Source of the DNA: Bdellovibrionota bacterium
GTDB taxonomy: Bacteria; Bdellovibrionota_C; UBA2361; JBGSMV01
Direction of reading: 5' to 3'
Assembly: GCA_044356455.1 (NCBI GenBank)
Contig: JBIKWF010000112.1
Span: 1-14,455 of the forward strand
Length of the DNA: 14,455 nt
Shown here: in pieces, positions 1 through 8,406 of the stretch
Numbering within the stretch: the first letter of the stretch is position 1
Layout: each line of letters begins with the position of its first letter
Translations under genes and position numbers: made by a program
The notes under the pieces: model-generated
What the model saw: only the letters and a program-made list of their open reading frames with translations
Told to the model about the DNA's origin: nothing
The model's database searches: none

Positions 1-741
1 GCTGTTGGGGCAGAGCATTCAGAGTGGGATGTGCAAGAGCTCGTTGATAGGTATTCAGGGCTTGTGGCAAAGAGCTTGAGTAGGGAATTCGACTGGAAAA
101 AAGACGACCTAACCTTGCAGAACATCCAGGCCCGCGTGCGAGCTCCCGGGGTGTGGATGCTTGCAAACGCTCAGGGAAAGCTTCTCCTTTCGACGAGCAA
201 TCGCTCAGAAGCGGCGGTAGGGTATGCCACTATGGATGGAGACACTGCGGGCGGTCTCTCCCCACTGGCCGGAATTAATAAAGATTTTATTCGAAGCTGG
301 CTGCGCTGGGCTGAGGACACGGGGCCTGAAGGACTTGGCTCGATTCCTGAACTCCGAGTGGTCAACGTCCAGGCGCCAACTGCCGAGCTTAGGCCCCGAA
401 GTAAGAAATCATCAGAGCAACAAACAGACGAAGCTGATTTGATGCCGTATCAGGTTCTTGATCTGATTGAGCGGCATTTTGTTGAAGAGGGGAAATCGCC
501 CTTGGAAATACAGCGCTCACTGACCACTGCTTTTGGTGAGAAATATTCTCAAGCGGAATTGGTCCTGTGGATAGAGCGATTTTTTGTGCTCTTTTCCAGA
601 AATCAATGGAAGCGTGAGCGGTACGCGCCAAGCTTTCATCTTGATGGGCATAGCCTTGATCCTAAAAGCTGGTTTCGCTTTCCCATTCTATCGAGCGGAT
701 TTGAGAAGGAGCTCCGGGCGCTAAAGGGCAGAAAGAAATAG
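1..741 (+). CDS. nadE: NAD+ synthetase, C-terminal synthetase domain (5'-partial; probably the long glutamine-dependent form)
   Basis: Frame is open from base 1 (AVGAEHSEWDV...). Carries NadE motifs QNIQARVR, LSTSNRSEAAVGYATMDGD, PTAELRP, QTDEADLMPY and the C-terminal NQWKRERYAPSFH typical of glutamine-dependent enzymes. Confidence 0.93.
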   Translation, partial: AVGAEHSEWDVQELVDRYSGLVAKSLSREFDWKKDDLTLQNIQARVRAPGVWMLANAQGKLLLSTSNRSEAAVGYATMDGDTAGGLSPLAGINKDFIRSWLRWAEDTGPEGLGSIPELRVVNVQAPTAELRPRSKKSSEQQTDEADLMPYQVLDLIERHFVEEGKSPLEIQRSLTTAFGEKYSQAELVLWIERFFVLFSRNQWKRERYAPSFHLDGHSLDPKSWFRFPILSSGFEKELRALKGRKK

Positions 742-747
742 GAGCAC

Positions 748-1509
748 ATGACCGGGCAGCGTAACCTTTGGTGTGTGCATGGGAATGTCGGGCAGCCCGA
801 AGACTTTGCCCCTTTCGCGAGGGCTCTTAGTAGTAGGGGACCTGCGACACTCAATCTCAAGTTTTCCTTTGAAAATCTCTGGGAAGATACTGGGCTCACT
901 CCAGAAGATACTCCGGCAGGTTGGGGTGCGCGTTTTACAAAAAAAGTAAAAGAGATAGAGAATAAGACGCCGCAGATTCTTATTGGATATTCTCTTGGTG
1001 GGCGGCTTGTGATGCAGGCGCTGAAGGCCGCACCGAGGCTCTTTTCCCAAGTAGTGCTCGTATCCTCGCACCCCGGGGGGCTGACTGATTCTGAAAAGGA
1101 ACAAAGAAGACTTTCGGATGAATCTTGGGCTACGCGTCTCCTGGATTCTCAGTTTTCTTGGGAATCTTTCCTCCGCGACTGGGACGCCCAGCCTGTTTTT
1201 TCCGGGGCCTTAGCGGTGCCCTCAGAATTGATGGAGAAAAGGCGCGAACTTATCCCTTCACGAATTGCAGCAGCGTTTCAAGCCTGGTCTCTCTCTCGCA
1301 TGACCGTTTCTTTGCATGAAGCGGCGAATTTAGGAGTACCAATTCTTTGGGTTGCGGGCGAAAGAGATTCCACTATGCGCGCGCATCAAGAAAGGCTGCG
1401 CCCTCATTTGCCGCCCTGCGTAGTGCTCCGGAGCGTAGATTGTGGCCACCGAGTTTTGCATGAAGCACCGGAGAAGCTTGCAGAGGTGGTGGGGGAGTTT
1501 TTGCGTTAA
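748..1509 (+). CDS. menH: Alpha/beta hydrolase, probable SHCHC synthase (MenH)
   Basis: HG oxyanion motif, nucleophile elbow GYSLGGR, SSHPG..EKEQRRLSDESWA and WDAQPVF segments typical of MenH, GERD (Asp) and CGH (His). SD AGGAG just upstream; lies in a men cluster. Confidence 0.85.
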   Translation: MTGQRNLWCVHGNVGQPEDFAPFARALSSRGPATLNLKFSFENLWEDTGLTPEDTPAGWGARFTKKVKEIENKTPQILIGYSLGGRLVMQALKAAPRLFSQVVLVSSHPGGLTDSEKEQRRLSDESWATRLLDSQFSWESFLRDWDAQPVFSGALAVPSELMEKRRELIPSRIAAAFQAWSLSRMTVSLHEAANLGVPILWVAGERDSTMRAHQERLRPHLPPCVVLRSVDCGHRVLHEAPEKLAEVVGEFLR

Positions 1510-1525
1510 ACCAAAAACCCACGCC

Positions 1526-2248
1526 TTATGCTTTGATACCGCAATAAAGATAGGCAATCCCCCCCGTAAGTCCCTCGTAGGTGACTTCCACCGCAGGGCA
1601 AGCTTTTTTTATAATCTTTATGAACTCGTCTCGCGCAGGAAAAGTTGAAGAGCTCTCCTGCAAATAGCGATACGCACCTTGCTCTCCGGTGACGAGACCA
1701 CCGAGGATGGGAAGAATGTGGCGCGAGTACCATCCAAAAAGTTTTAGCCACCAACTTTCCTCGTACGACCCAAACTCGAGGACCATCAGCCGGCCACCGG
1801 GTTTGAGGATGCGAAGTAACTCTCTAAGGCCACCCTCGGTATCACTCACATTTCGGATGCCGAATGAAATTGTCACCACATCAAAGCTTTTGTCCTCGAA
1901 GGGCAGCTGCATAACGTCAGCAAATTGAAACGAGAGCCAAGGCAGAGTTTCAGCCTGCTTCACTCTGGCGCGTTCAAGCATGGGCTCAGAGAAATCTCCG
2001 CCAATCACAGAGCCCGTGGGTCCCACTACTTTAGCAAGGGCGAAGGCGAGATCCCCCGTTCCCGTGGCGGCGTCAAAGACTCGGTCGCCTGACTTCACTC
2101 CACTTTTCTTTACCAGGCGACGCCTCCAAAGATGATGAATGCCTAGAGAGAGGACTGAATTGGCAAGGTCGTACTTGCCCGCTATGGCACCGAACATATG
2201 TTGAATGGTGTCAGGGCGAGAGCGGTGGGTGGTTAGTGGGGTATTCAC
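1526..2248 (-). CDS. menG: Demethylmenaquinone methyltransferase (UbiE/MenG family)
   Basis: MFGAIAGKYDLANSVLSLGIHHLWRR, SAM-binding DAATGTGD, LPFEDKSFDVVTISFGIRNV, LKPGGRLMVLEF and AYRYLQESS are canonical UbiE/MenG motifs. GTG start. Confidence 0.93.
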   Translation of the reverse strand: MNTPLTTHRSRPDTIQHMFGAIAGKYDLANSVLSLGIHHLWRRRLVKKSGVKSGDRVFDAATGTGDLAFALAKVVGPTGSVIGGDFSEPMLERARVKQAETLPWLSFQFADVMQLPFEDKSFDVVTISFGIRNVSDTEGGLRELLRILKPGGRLMVLEFGSYEESWWLKLFGWYSRHILPILGGLVTGEQGAYRYLQESSSTFPARDEFIKIIKKACPAVEVTYEGLTGGIAYLYCGIKA

Positions 2249-2254
2249 GCACGG

Positions 2255-2284
2255 AGCTTACCTCGGCTTCGGGGGCTCTGGCAA
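2255..2284 (-). promoter_or_regulatory. Putative sigma70-type promoter of menG, probably leaderless
   Basis: On the - strand: TTGCCA (2284-2279), 18 nt, TAAGCT (2260-2255), 6 nt, GTG start (2248). Confidence 0.5.
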
Positions 2285-2383
2285 AGGAGGAGGTAAGAGA
2301 AGATTTTCAAAGAAGCCCTAAATTTCAGCTACTTAGGGCTGTTTCGGCGCGCTGGCTTCCTGCCGTTTTGAGGATCCTTCATG

Positions 2384-2436
2384 TCTGTGTTCTTCGAGTT
2401 CTTAGCGGTTGTTTTTTTACCACTAAGCAAACAGAG
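2384..2436. repeat. Degenerate inverted repeat of 9-bp units (NNCAC(A/T)(G/A)AG family)
   Basis: Left arm tctgtgtt-cttcgagtt-cttagcggt, T-rich loop, right arm accactaag-caaacagag. Same unit and geometry as 12657-12729. Confidence 0.5.
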
Positions 2437-2544
2437 ATGCGCAATGGCCACTCATCCCCGGGAGCCCTGAAGATAAATCAGGGGCGGGGGGAGGTGCTTA
2501 ATCTTGCTAACTCGCTATTATGAGCCCTCATCTTTCTGTGGTGT

Positions 2545-3621
2545 ATGAAGTTTACTCTTTCTGAATTCGACCAGGCCCTTACAACGCTTCTTTTGCGCCA
2601 AGGGGTTCTCTTTGGCATGTCCAAAGAAGGTGTCTTTGTGGGGTGGGGTGACCTTAAGGCGCTGCGCGAGGCGCCAGAGAAGGCAACGTCCTTCTATTGC
2701 CCTGATTTCTTTCTTGAGAGTCCTGGCGCTTGGGTCCTGCCCAAAGAGGTCGCCTATGTTTCACGGTCCTCTCTTATTGAAGCGCTTGAGGGTGTTTCTG
2801 AGCTAAGTCCCGCGGTTGATCCCGTGGAATGGAAGTCGCCCGAGTGGCATTCGTTTCGTCGACGCTTCATGCAAGTACAGAGAGAGATTAAAGCGGGAAG
2901 GTGGCAGAAGGCGGTTCCTATTTGCTTTGAAACGGCCACTCAGCCAGTCATGCCTGCGCATATTGTCCAGATGCTTCTTGGGGTGCTCCGCTCCGATGCT
3001 CCACTAATGCCATACGCCCTTTGGGATTCGACAGGGGGCATCGCGGGCGCCTCTCCTGAGCTCTTGTGCACCATAGATTCAGAAGGGACCGTCCGCTCAA
3101 CTGCTCTTGCCGGAACGGTGGGAATTTCTGTCGACCCGAAGCAGCTTCTCGCGGATCCCAAAGAGCGGCACGAACATCAGCTTGTGGTCGATTATCTTAA
3201 AGAAAGACTTTCAACGTTAGGTGTGCCTCACACCGATGCCCCGAAAGTGCTCAGGCTGCCACATCTTCAGCACCTTATTACCGAAGTTGCGGTGGTGCTC
3301 ACGCGGCCTGTGACGTTGCTTGAGCTCGCAAGGCTTCTCCATCCTTCACCGGCACTTGGCGTTTCTCCGCGTCACCTCGGATGGGAGTGGCTCAGAGACC
3401 TTGACCGTGAATTCCCCCGTGGCCGCTTTGGCGCTCCTTTTGGTATCCAGTTTGCGGACGGTTCCGCTGCATGCTGCGTGGCAATTCGTAACGTCCAGTG
3501 GGGTCCTGATAGATTTATTCTAGGCTCAGGATGCGGCGTAGTTGCGGCGAGTGAACTTGAGCGAGAGTGGGAAGAGCTCGCGCTCAAACGCGACTCGGTG
3601 CATCGCTTGCTTGGCGTTTAA
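2545..3621 (+). CDS. menF: Isochorismate synthase (chorismate-binding enzyme, MenF)
   Basis: GASPELL, ALAGT, DPKERHEHQLVVDY, LQHLIT, LHPSPALG, RGRFGAPFG, VAIRN, GCGVVAASELEREWEE are MST-family motifs. Directly upstream of menD. Confidence 0.85.
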   Translation: MKFTLSEFDQALTTLLLRQGVLFGMSKEGVFVGWGDLKALREAPEKATSFYCPDFFLESPGAWVLPKEVAYVSRSSLIEALEGVSELSPAVDPVEWKSPEWHSFRRRFMQVQREIKAGRWQKAVPICFETATQPVMPAHIVQMLLGVLRSDAPLMPYALWDSTGGIAGASPELLCTIDSEGTVRSTALAGTVGISVDPKQLLADPKERHEHQLVVDYLKERLSTLGVPHTDAPKVLRLPHLQHLITEVAVVLTRPVTLLELARLLHPSPALGVSPRHLGWEWLRDLDREFPRGRFGAPFGIQFADGSAACCVAIRNVQWGPDRFILGSGCGVVAASELEREWEELALKRDSVHRLLGV

Positions 3622-3625
3622 TTTG

Positions 3626-3676
3626 CGTGGTTTTTTATCTTTGGGAACAACCACTAAGACCACAGAGACCACTAAG
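3626..3676. repeat. Tandem 9-bp units accactaag-accacagag-accactaag with a short complementary left arm (gtggtt)
   Basis: Three adjacent 9-mers at 3650-3676; gtggtt (3627-3632) can pair with aaccac (3649-3654). In the menF-menD intergenic region. Confidence 0.6.
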
Positions 3677-3714
3677 AGAGTAGGGCTGAGAGTTGGGTTA
3701 TAAGGACAGCATTT

Positions 3715-5337
3715 GTGGTGGAGCGGAATACGGAACGCGAGGCTGGTGGCACAGAGACTGATGTCTCTGAGATTGACTCTCTTGCGCTGGCCACCAAGGT
3801 GCTTTCCTTTCTTGCTGCAAGCGGCGTGGCGGAGATCTGTATCTGCCCGGGAAGAAGAAACGCAGCGTTTGTAGCCCTGCTCGAGAAATCCTCTGGCTTT
3901 AGATTCTATTCATTCTTTGAGGAACGCTCTGCCGCGTTTTTCGCTTTAGGTCGTATCAAACTTACGGGTCGTCCGGTGGCAGTAATTACGACCTCTGGTA
4001 CCGCGTGCGCTGAACTGCTTCCTGCTACCATTGAGGCATTCTATACCGGGTTGCCGCTTGTGCTTGTAACCGCGGACAGACCTCCTCGTTATCGTGGTAC
4101 GGGAGCCCCTCAGGTAATTGATCAAGTGGGGCTGTTTGGAACCTACGTAGAGCGCTGCATTGATATTGCAGATCTAGCCTCGATTCCTGAGGGCGGAGCC
4201 CAATTTCGTAAACCCTGGCATCTTAATGTCTGCTTTGATGAGCCGGTAGTTCCAGCGGAGATTCCCGCGCTCTCATTCCGCTTTGGAATGCCTCCTTCTC
4301 AGGCCAGTCCAGGGGTGACTTTCGCGCATGAGCGAGTGACTGAATTTTTACGGGTCGCGAAACTTCCTCTCATTCTGGTTGGCGAGCTAAGCGAGGCGCA
4401 AGCAGGTCCAATAGCGTCGTTTCTGCAACGTTTGGGTGCTCCCGTGTATGCCGAGGCTTCTTCTCAGCTTCGCGATGTGGGATTCCTTAAAGGCTGTTTA
4501 TTGCGGGCAGGGAATAACTTTGCGCGCAGCCTTCTCGATCGCTCTTTAGTCGATGCAGTTCTTAGAATTGGAGGAGTTCCTTCTCCGCGCGTATGGCGCG
4601 ATCTTGATGAAAAGCTAAAGGCTATTCCCGTATTGTCACTTTCAGAAAATGAATTCCCAGGCTTGGGACGCGGGGAATGTCTCGTCTGCCCTCTCACTGA
4701 ATTTGCAAGTACTTTTGTTCCTACGCGAAGTTTTTCTGATGTGCCAGAGCAAGTTTTGATTGCGGCAAGTGACAGTGCGGCGCGCGCCAGACTTGATGAG
4801 AAACTAAGCTCCTATCCCCATTCCGAGGTTTCACTGCTTTCCAGCTTGGCAGCCCATGTGCCACGTGGAGCCTCGGTGTACCTTGGCAACAGTCTTCCCA
4901 TTCGCGAATGGGAAATTGCGGTTCCTCCAGGGGTGAAAAATTTCACGTTTGCGGTCAATCGCGGTGCGAATGGAATTGATGGGCAAACATCGACCTTCTT
5001 GGGCTGGTGTGCCCCCGGTAGGGAGAACTGGGCATTTCTTGGCGATTTGACTGCTCTCTATGATTTAAGTTCTCCCTGGGCGCTACGCTATCTGGACGAT
5101 GTCGTACTACGTATTGTGGTAATTAATAATGGCGGCGGGCAGATTTTCTCTCGCATGTTTGAGTCTAAGCTGTTTCTTAATGAGCACTCACTTTCGTTTC
5201 GTGCCTGGGCCGAGCAGTGGGGGTTAGAGTACTGTGAGTGGAGCAACGCGCGAAAGGAACTTCCGAGTACCGGTCGGGCGGTTATTGAGATACGCCCAGA
5301 CCCGTCTCATACGGCGGGGTTCTGGAACAACAACTAA
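3715..5337 (+). CDS. menD: SEPHCHC synthase (ThDP-dependent MenD); start position uncertain
   Basis: ICICPGRRN, EERSAAFFALG, ITTSGTA, LVTADRP, GAPQVIDQ, HLNVCFDEP, GNSLPIR, NRGANGIDG, GDLTALYD and INNGGGQIF motifs. Confidence 0.95.
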   Translation: MVERNTEREAGGTETDVSEIDSLALATKVLSFLAASGVAEICICPGRRNAAFVALLEKSSGFRFYSFFEERSAAFFALGRIKLTGRPVAVITTSGTACAELLPATIEAFYTGLPLVLVTADRPPRYRGTGAPQVIDQVGLFGTYVERCIDIADLASIPEGGAQFRKPWHLNVCFDEPVVPAEIPALSFRFGMPPSQASPGVTFAHERVTEFLRVAKLPLILVGELSEAQAGPIASFLQRLGAPVYAEASSQLRDVGFLKGCLLRAGNNFARSLLDRSLVDAVLRIGGVPSPRVWRDLDEKLKAIPVLSLSENEFPGLGRGECLVCPLTEFASTFVPTRSFSDVPEQVLIAASDSAARARLDEKLSSYPHSEVSLLSSLAAHVPRGASVYLGNSLPIREWEIAVPPGVKNFTFAVNRGANGIDGQTSTFLGWCAPGRENWAFLGDLTALYDLSSPWALRYLDDVVLRIVVINNGGGQIFSRMFESKLFLNEHSLSFRAWAEQWGLEYCEWSNARKELPSTGRAVIEIRPDPSHTAGFWNNN

Positions 5338-5352
5338 CTCATCCGTCATGCC

Positions 5353-7011
5353 TTATAGGTAGCGAATATAGAATCTTGGCTTAAGAGAAAGTTTTTTGAT
5401 GCGATTTATACTGTCCTGCTGGTCGGATTTCTTTGCGATGCCAAGGATCAGAAAGGCTCCGTCCGGAAGTTCTTTGTAGAAGATTCTCGTGCCACTTCCA
5501 TGGTGTATTTTTAACTGCTTAATTTCACCGTTGATAGTAGAATGCTCAAGCAGCTCGCCTAAGCTCATTCGAGCTAACCTCTGCTGCACCAGCCGAAGTG
5601 TTGATGAGCCTTCGAATGACTCAAGAGAGGCAAGGGCTGCTTGAGAACAAAAAAAGACCGCACGTTCAGTATTCTCCACCATGTCGTTAGAGGAGCGTAG
5701 GGGAGAGGGGCTGCTTTGAACGCTGGGCATGACCAAGGCGCCGCCGGAGGGTTCATTTGTCCCTGAGGCTCCGATTTGCCCCGCAGCCACCTCAGTTCTT
5801 GAGCGACCACGCAGTATGAGTTCTGCCGGTCCCGCCCCTTGGGAGAGGGATTCTACAATTTCAGCATATGAAAGTAGGCCACGGCGCAGGAGTCCGTGCA
5901 GCTGTCTTGCAATCTGATGGCTGTCGGGAAGGTGGCTGCAGTACGTTTGTACTGTTTGCCGCACGCCTAAAAGAAGTTCGAGTGCGGCGCTAGAGCCATG
6001 ATGCTCTTGAGATTGCACGCCGTCTGGCGCTTGTGCCTCAGTCTTTGATGCCGAGCGATTCTGCTCAAGGATCTGCTGCGCAGCGCTGCGAGGATTCTTG
6101 CAAATGACCAGGGCGCCAAATCGATCTCTTACGGCGGGAAATTCTTCGCACGCAATTGCAGCCTGAATAGTACGCCTGAACGGCTGTGTGGTTATGACCT
6201 CTGAAAGGGGAGTGGTGTTCGTCAACCATTTGCCGAGATGTTTGGCAGGTTCGGGGATGTCGTAGGTAGATGCGATGTCGGTGAAAAAGCGCAGTCGACC
6301 AAGGAACTGGGCCAGTTCGTGATGCTTCTCTAGTTCTCGATCGGCGCGTTGCATGTCGAACTCGGTTCGAGAAAGTAGGCTCGAGTGATTTCCTTCTTTA
6401 CGAATTCGGTTGTAGAGGTGCTTTTCAAATTGAAGCGAGTTCCCCTCCTCAAGACCCTTGCTGGTGACTCCGAGTGGAAAAACAGCTATTGGGGATGACC
6501 TGAGAAATAACTCCCTTTTCTCCTCTAAGGGAGAGCGGCGTGCCGCGCCCCTTAGCTCTTGCATCGCGGTGCTTAGTTCGAGGTGGCTCTCTCCAATAAG
6601 TCCCTTGCTCCATGGAGGCAGCGATGAACAGACAAGTAGGCGCCGACGGAAGTAGTCTTCGAGAAGGCTTCCGTTGCCAGACTCGCAGGCCTCGCGTAGG
6701 AGTGGGGCGCATATATCTCGATTTGCGCAGAGCACCGAGGGCGATACGATAAGAGGTGCCCAGGTGCGCATCCAGCGTGCCCACGTCATAAATCCTGGCT
6801 TGTTATCGAGCTCGCGAAAGTCGCCCCCAGAAACGCTGGGCAGCATTTCCTTTATCTTTTGAAGGGAAACCTGGTGGGGAGAGTAGAGATTAAATTCCCG
6901 AAATCCTGCTAAGACGTTTCGTTCGCCAATCGTGCGCTCAACCATGAGGTGATCGTATGCGGTGAGAGCGAGGTCTAGGATATTCTTATGGCCCAAGAGT
7001 CGAGCAAGCAT
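5353..7011 (-). CDS. 552-aa hypothetical protein with C-terminal RelE/ParE-superfamily (HigB-like addiction-module killer) domain
   Basis: Long uninterrupted ORF. C-terminal LRLVQQRLARMSLGEL..STINGEIKQLKIHHGSGTRIFY..FLILGIAKKSDQQDSINRIKKL follows the remembered pattern ARLxRLxxGNxGD..V.ELRIxxGPGYRVYF..LLxGGDKSTQxxDIxxAK. N-terminal ~440 aa not recognised; true start uncertain. Confidence 0.7.
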   Translation of the reverse strand: MLARLLGHKNILDLALTAYDHLMVERTIGERNVLAGFREFNLYSPHQVSLQKIKEMLPSVSGGDFRELDNKPGFMTWARWMRTWAPLIVSPSVLCANRDICAPLLREACESGNGSLLEDYFRRRLLVCSSLPPWSKGLIGESHLELSTAMQELRGAARRSPLEEKRELFLRSSPIAVFPLGVTSKGLEEGNSLQFEKHLYNRIRKEGNHSSLLSRTEFDMQRADRELEKHHELAQFLGRLRFFTDIASTYDIPEPAKHLGKWLTNTTPLSEVITTQPFRRTIQAAIACEEFPAVRDRFGALVICKNPRSAAQQILEQNRSASKTEAQAPDGVQSQEHHGSSAALELLLGVRQTVQTYCSHLPDSHQIARQLHGLLRRGLLSYAEIVESLSQGAGPAELILRGRSRTEVAAGQIGASGTNEPSGGALVMPSVQSSPSPLRSSNDMVENTERAVFFCSQAALASLESFEGSSTLRLVQQRLARMSLGELLEHSTINGEIKQLKIHHGSGTRIFYKELPDGAFLILGIAKKSDQQDSINRIKKLSLKPRFYIRYL

Positions 7012-7334
7012 GTTGAGTCCACGTAACGAAGTTGCAGTGAGAGGTGTGCCGCCTTACTTGCGAATTATCGCAGACGATAGTTTCTTGATTTCATCGAGCA
7101 ATTCAAGGCATGGAGTGCCGAGTTGCATTTATGGAATGCTTTCAGTTCTGAATCGACGCACATGGACCCTGCAGTCACAGTAACCGCTGCTTCTCTCTCT
7201 TCAAGATTCGCATGTGGCGGCTCACCAAAATGGCGCGAGGTGAGGTGGCGCGCAAAATTGCTCACTTTTGAGGGGGGCTGATTAGTCCATTTGCCAGGGA
7301 CCGTGGGCTCCCATTAACCACCTGTCTTGAAGAA

Positions 7335-8108
7335 TCAAAATCTCAGATGTTTTACTGATTGTCCGGATTGCTTAATGCTAAGTAGCGAATCAATCCCAAT
7401 GCGCACATGCTTTTCAGCGAACTTTGCTGACACGACAGAGTCTGATTCAGCGGTCTTCACCCCTTCGGGGATCATTGGTTGATCGGTAACAAGTAACAGC
7501 GCGCCCTTTGGGATCTCATTAGCAAATCCTGCGATGAAAATAGTGGCGGTCTCCATATCAATGGCGATCGCGCGAACTGATTGCAGGTAGTCCTTAAATT
7601 TTTCGTCGTGCTCCCAAACTCGTCTATTGGTCGTGAATACGGTTCCTGTCCAATAATCGAGGTTATACCCTGCGATGGTTTCAGAAACCGCTTTTTGAAG
7701 ACTAAAGGAAGGGAGGGCAGGTACCTTTGGGTCAAAAAAATCGTCGGACGTTCCTTCTCCGCGCATTGCTGCAATGGGAAGTATCAGATCGCCAATTGCA
7801 GTTTTCTTTTTGAGTCCGCCGCATTTGCCTAGGAAAAGGGTCGCCTTGGGCTTTACTGCACCAAGCAAGTCCATGACTAAGGCGGCGTTAGCGCTCCCTA
7901 TGCCAAAATTTATAAAAGTAATGCCGTCGGGGCTTACTGCTGCTTGCATGGGCTTGTCGGGGTTTACAATTGAGACCCCGTAGATCTCACAGAAGATTTT
8001 AAGGTAGCTCGTGAAATTGGTGAGCAGCACGTAGGGTGTAAACTGCTCAAGTGCGAGCCCGGTATAACGCGGGAGCCAGTTGCGAACTATTTCTTCTTTG
8101 GTCTTCAT
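7335..8108 (-). CDS. amn: AMP nucleosidase (short ~257-aa type, NP-I/PNP_UDP_1 fold)
   Basis: MKTKEEIVRNWLPRYTG, LLTNF, INFGIGSANAA, FLGKCGGLK, RGEGTSDDF, TGTVFTTNRRVWEHD, AIDMETAT, GVKTAESD and SVKHLRF match this family as I recall it. Confidence 0.9.
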   Translation of the reverse strand: MKTKEEIVRNWLPRYTGLALEQFTPYVLLTNFTSYLKIFCEIYGVSIVNPDKPMQAAVSPDGITFINFGIGSANAALVMDLLGAVKPKATLFLGKCGGLKKKTAIGDLILPIAAMRGEGTSDDFFDPKVPALPSFSLQKAVSETIAGYNLDYWTGTVFTTNRRVWEHDEKFKDYLQSVRAIAIDMETATIFIAGFANEIPKGALLLVTDQPMIPEGVKTAESDSVVSAKFAEKHVRIGIDSLLSIKQSGQSVKHLRF

Positions 8109-8115
8109 GAGGTTG

Positions 8116-8124
8116 ATGGTAGCA
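8116..8124 (-). promoter_or_regulatory. Putative extended -10 promoter of amn, probably leaderless
   Basis: On the - strand TG-C-TACCAT, then 7 nt (CAACCTC), then ATG; no SD at normal spacing. Confidence 0.45.
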
Positions 8125-8290
8125 CTCCAGGCGTCTTCGCTCTACCCGGGAGTTGCCCTGGCCCTGAAACCTGGCCCGGTCCTGAAAATTGCGAACATCG
8201 GTTCATGCGCGAGTAGAGGTTTCATAGGGTGCGGAAAGGGCTACTTGCTGCACGCTAGGGAGTTCGGAGCCTTCTAGGGCGTATGAGAAA

Positions 8291-8320
8291 TAGGGGCGAG
8301 GTAGGCTATCCCGTCGCCTC
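8291..8320. repeat. Imperfect GC-rich hairpin (REP-like or terminator)
   Basis: ggggcga (8293-8299) pairs with tcgcctc (8314-8320) with one G-U; flanked by A runs; lies downstream of the 8407-9456 gene. Confidence 0.35.
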
Positions 8321-8406
8321 AAAAACCTTTAGTGGAACTATACTAAGTCTCTCAATTAGCAGCACTGATTTTCATAAATCGATAGTCGAATTCGTGTGTA
8401 TAAAAT

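Noticed and set aside
2303..2470. Hairpin agccctaa/ttagggct (2314-2340) and agccctga (2463-2470) as ends of a second MITE around the 2384-2436 repeat
   Set aside because: Spacing is similar to the 130-bp element, but only a few terminal bases are complementary and they do not match the 12637-12766 TIRs.
2236..2523. 95-aa + strand ORF in the menG-menF gap
   Set aside because: It overlaps the menG start, promoter and repeat remnants and has no recognisable motif; likely spurious.
3650..3676. Short repeats as a CRISPR array
   Set aside because: Units are 9 bp and contiguous, with no unique spacers and no cas genes.
7335..8108. amn as an anti-phage nucleosidase effector partnered with the RelE-fusion gene
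   Set aside because: It looks like a canonical stand-alone AMP nucleosidase along its whole length, with no sensor domain, and lies over 300 bp from the next gene. Adjacency alone is not evidence.
8171..8199. - strand GATGTTCGCAA...CGGGCCAG resembles my recollection of the 5' part of E. coli 6S RNA
   Set aside because: Only two short blocks separated by an insertion; I could not find the long complementary 3' arm needed for a 6S rod.
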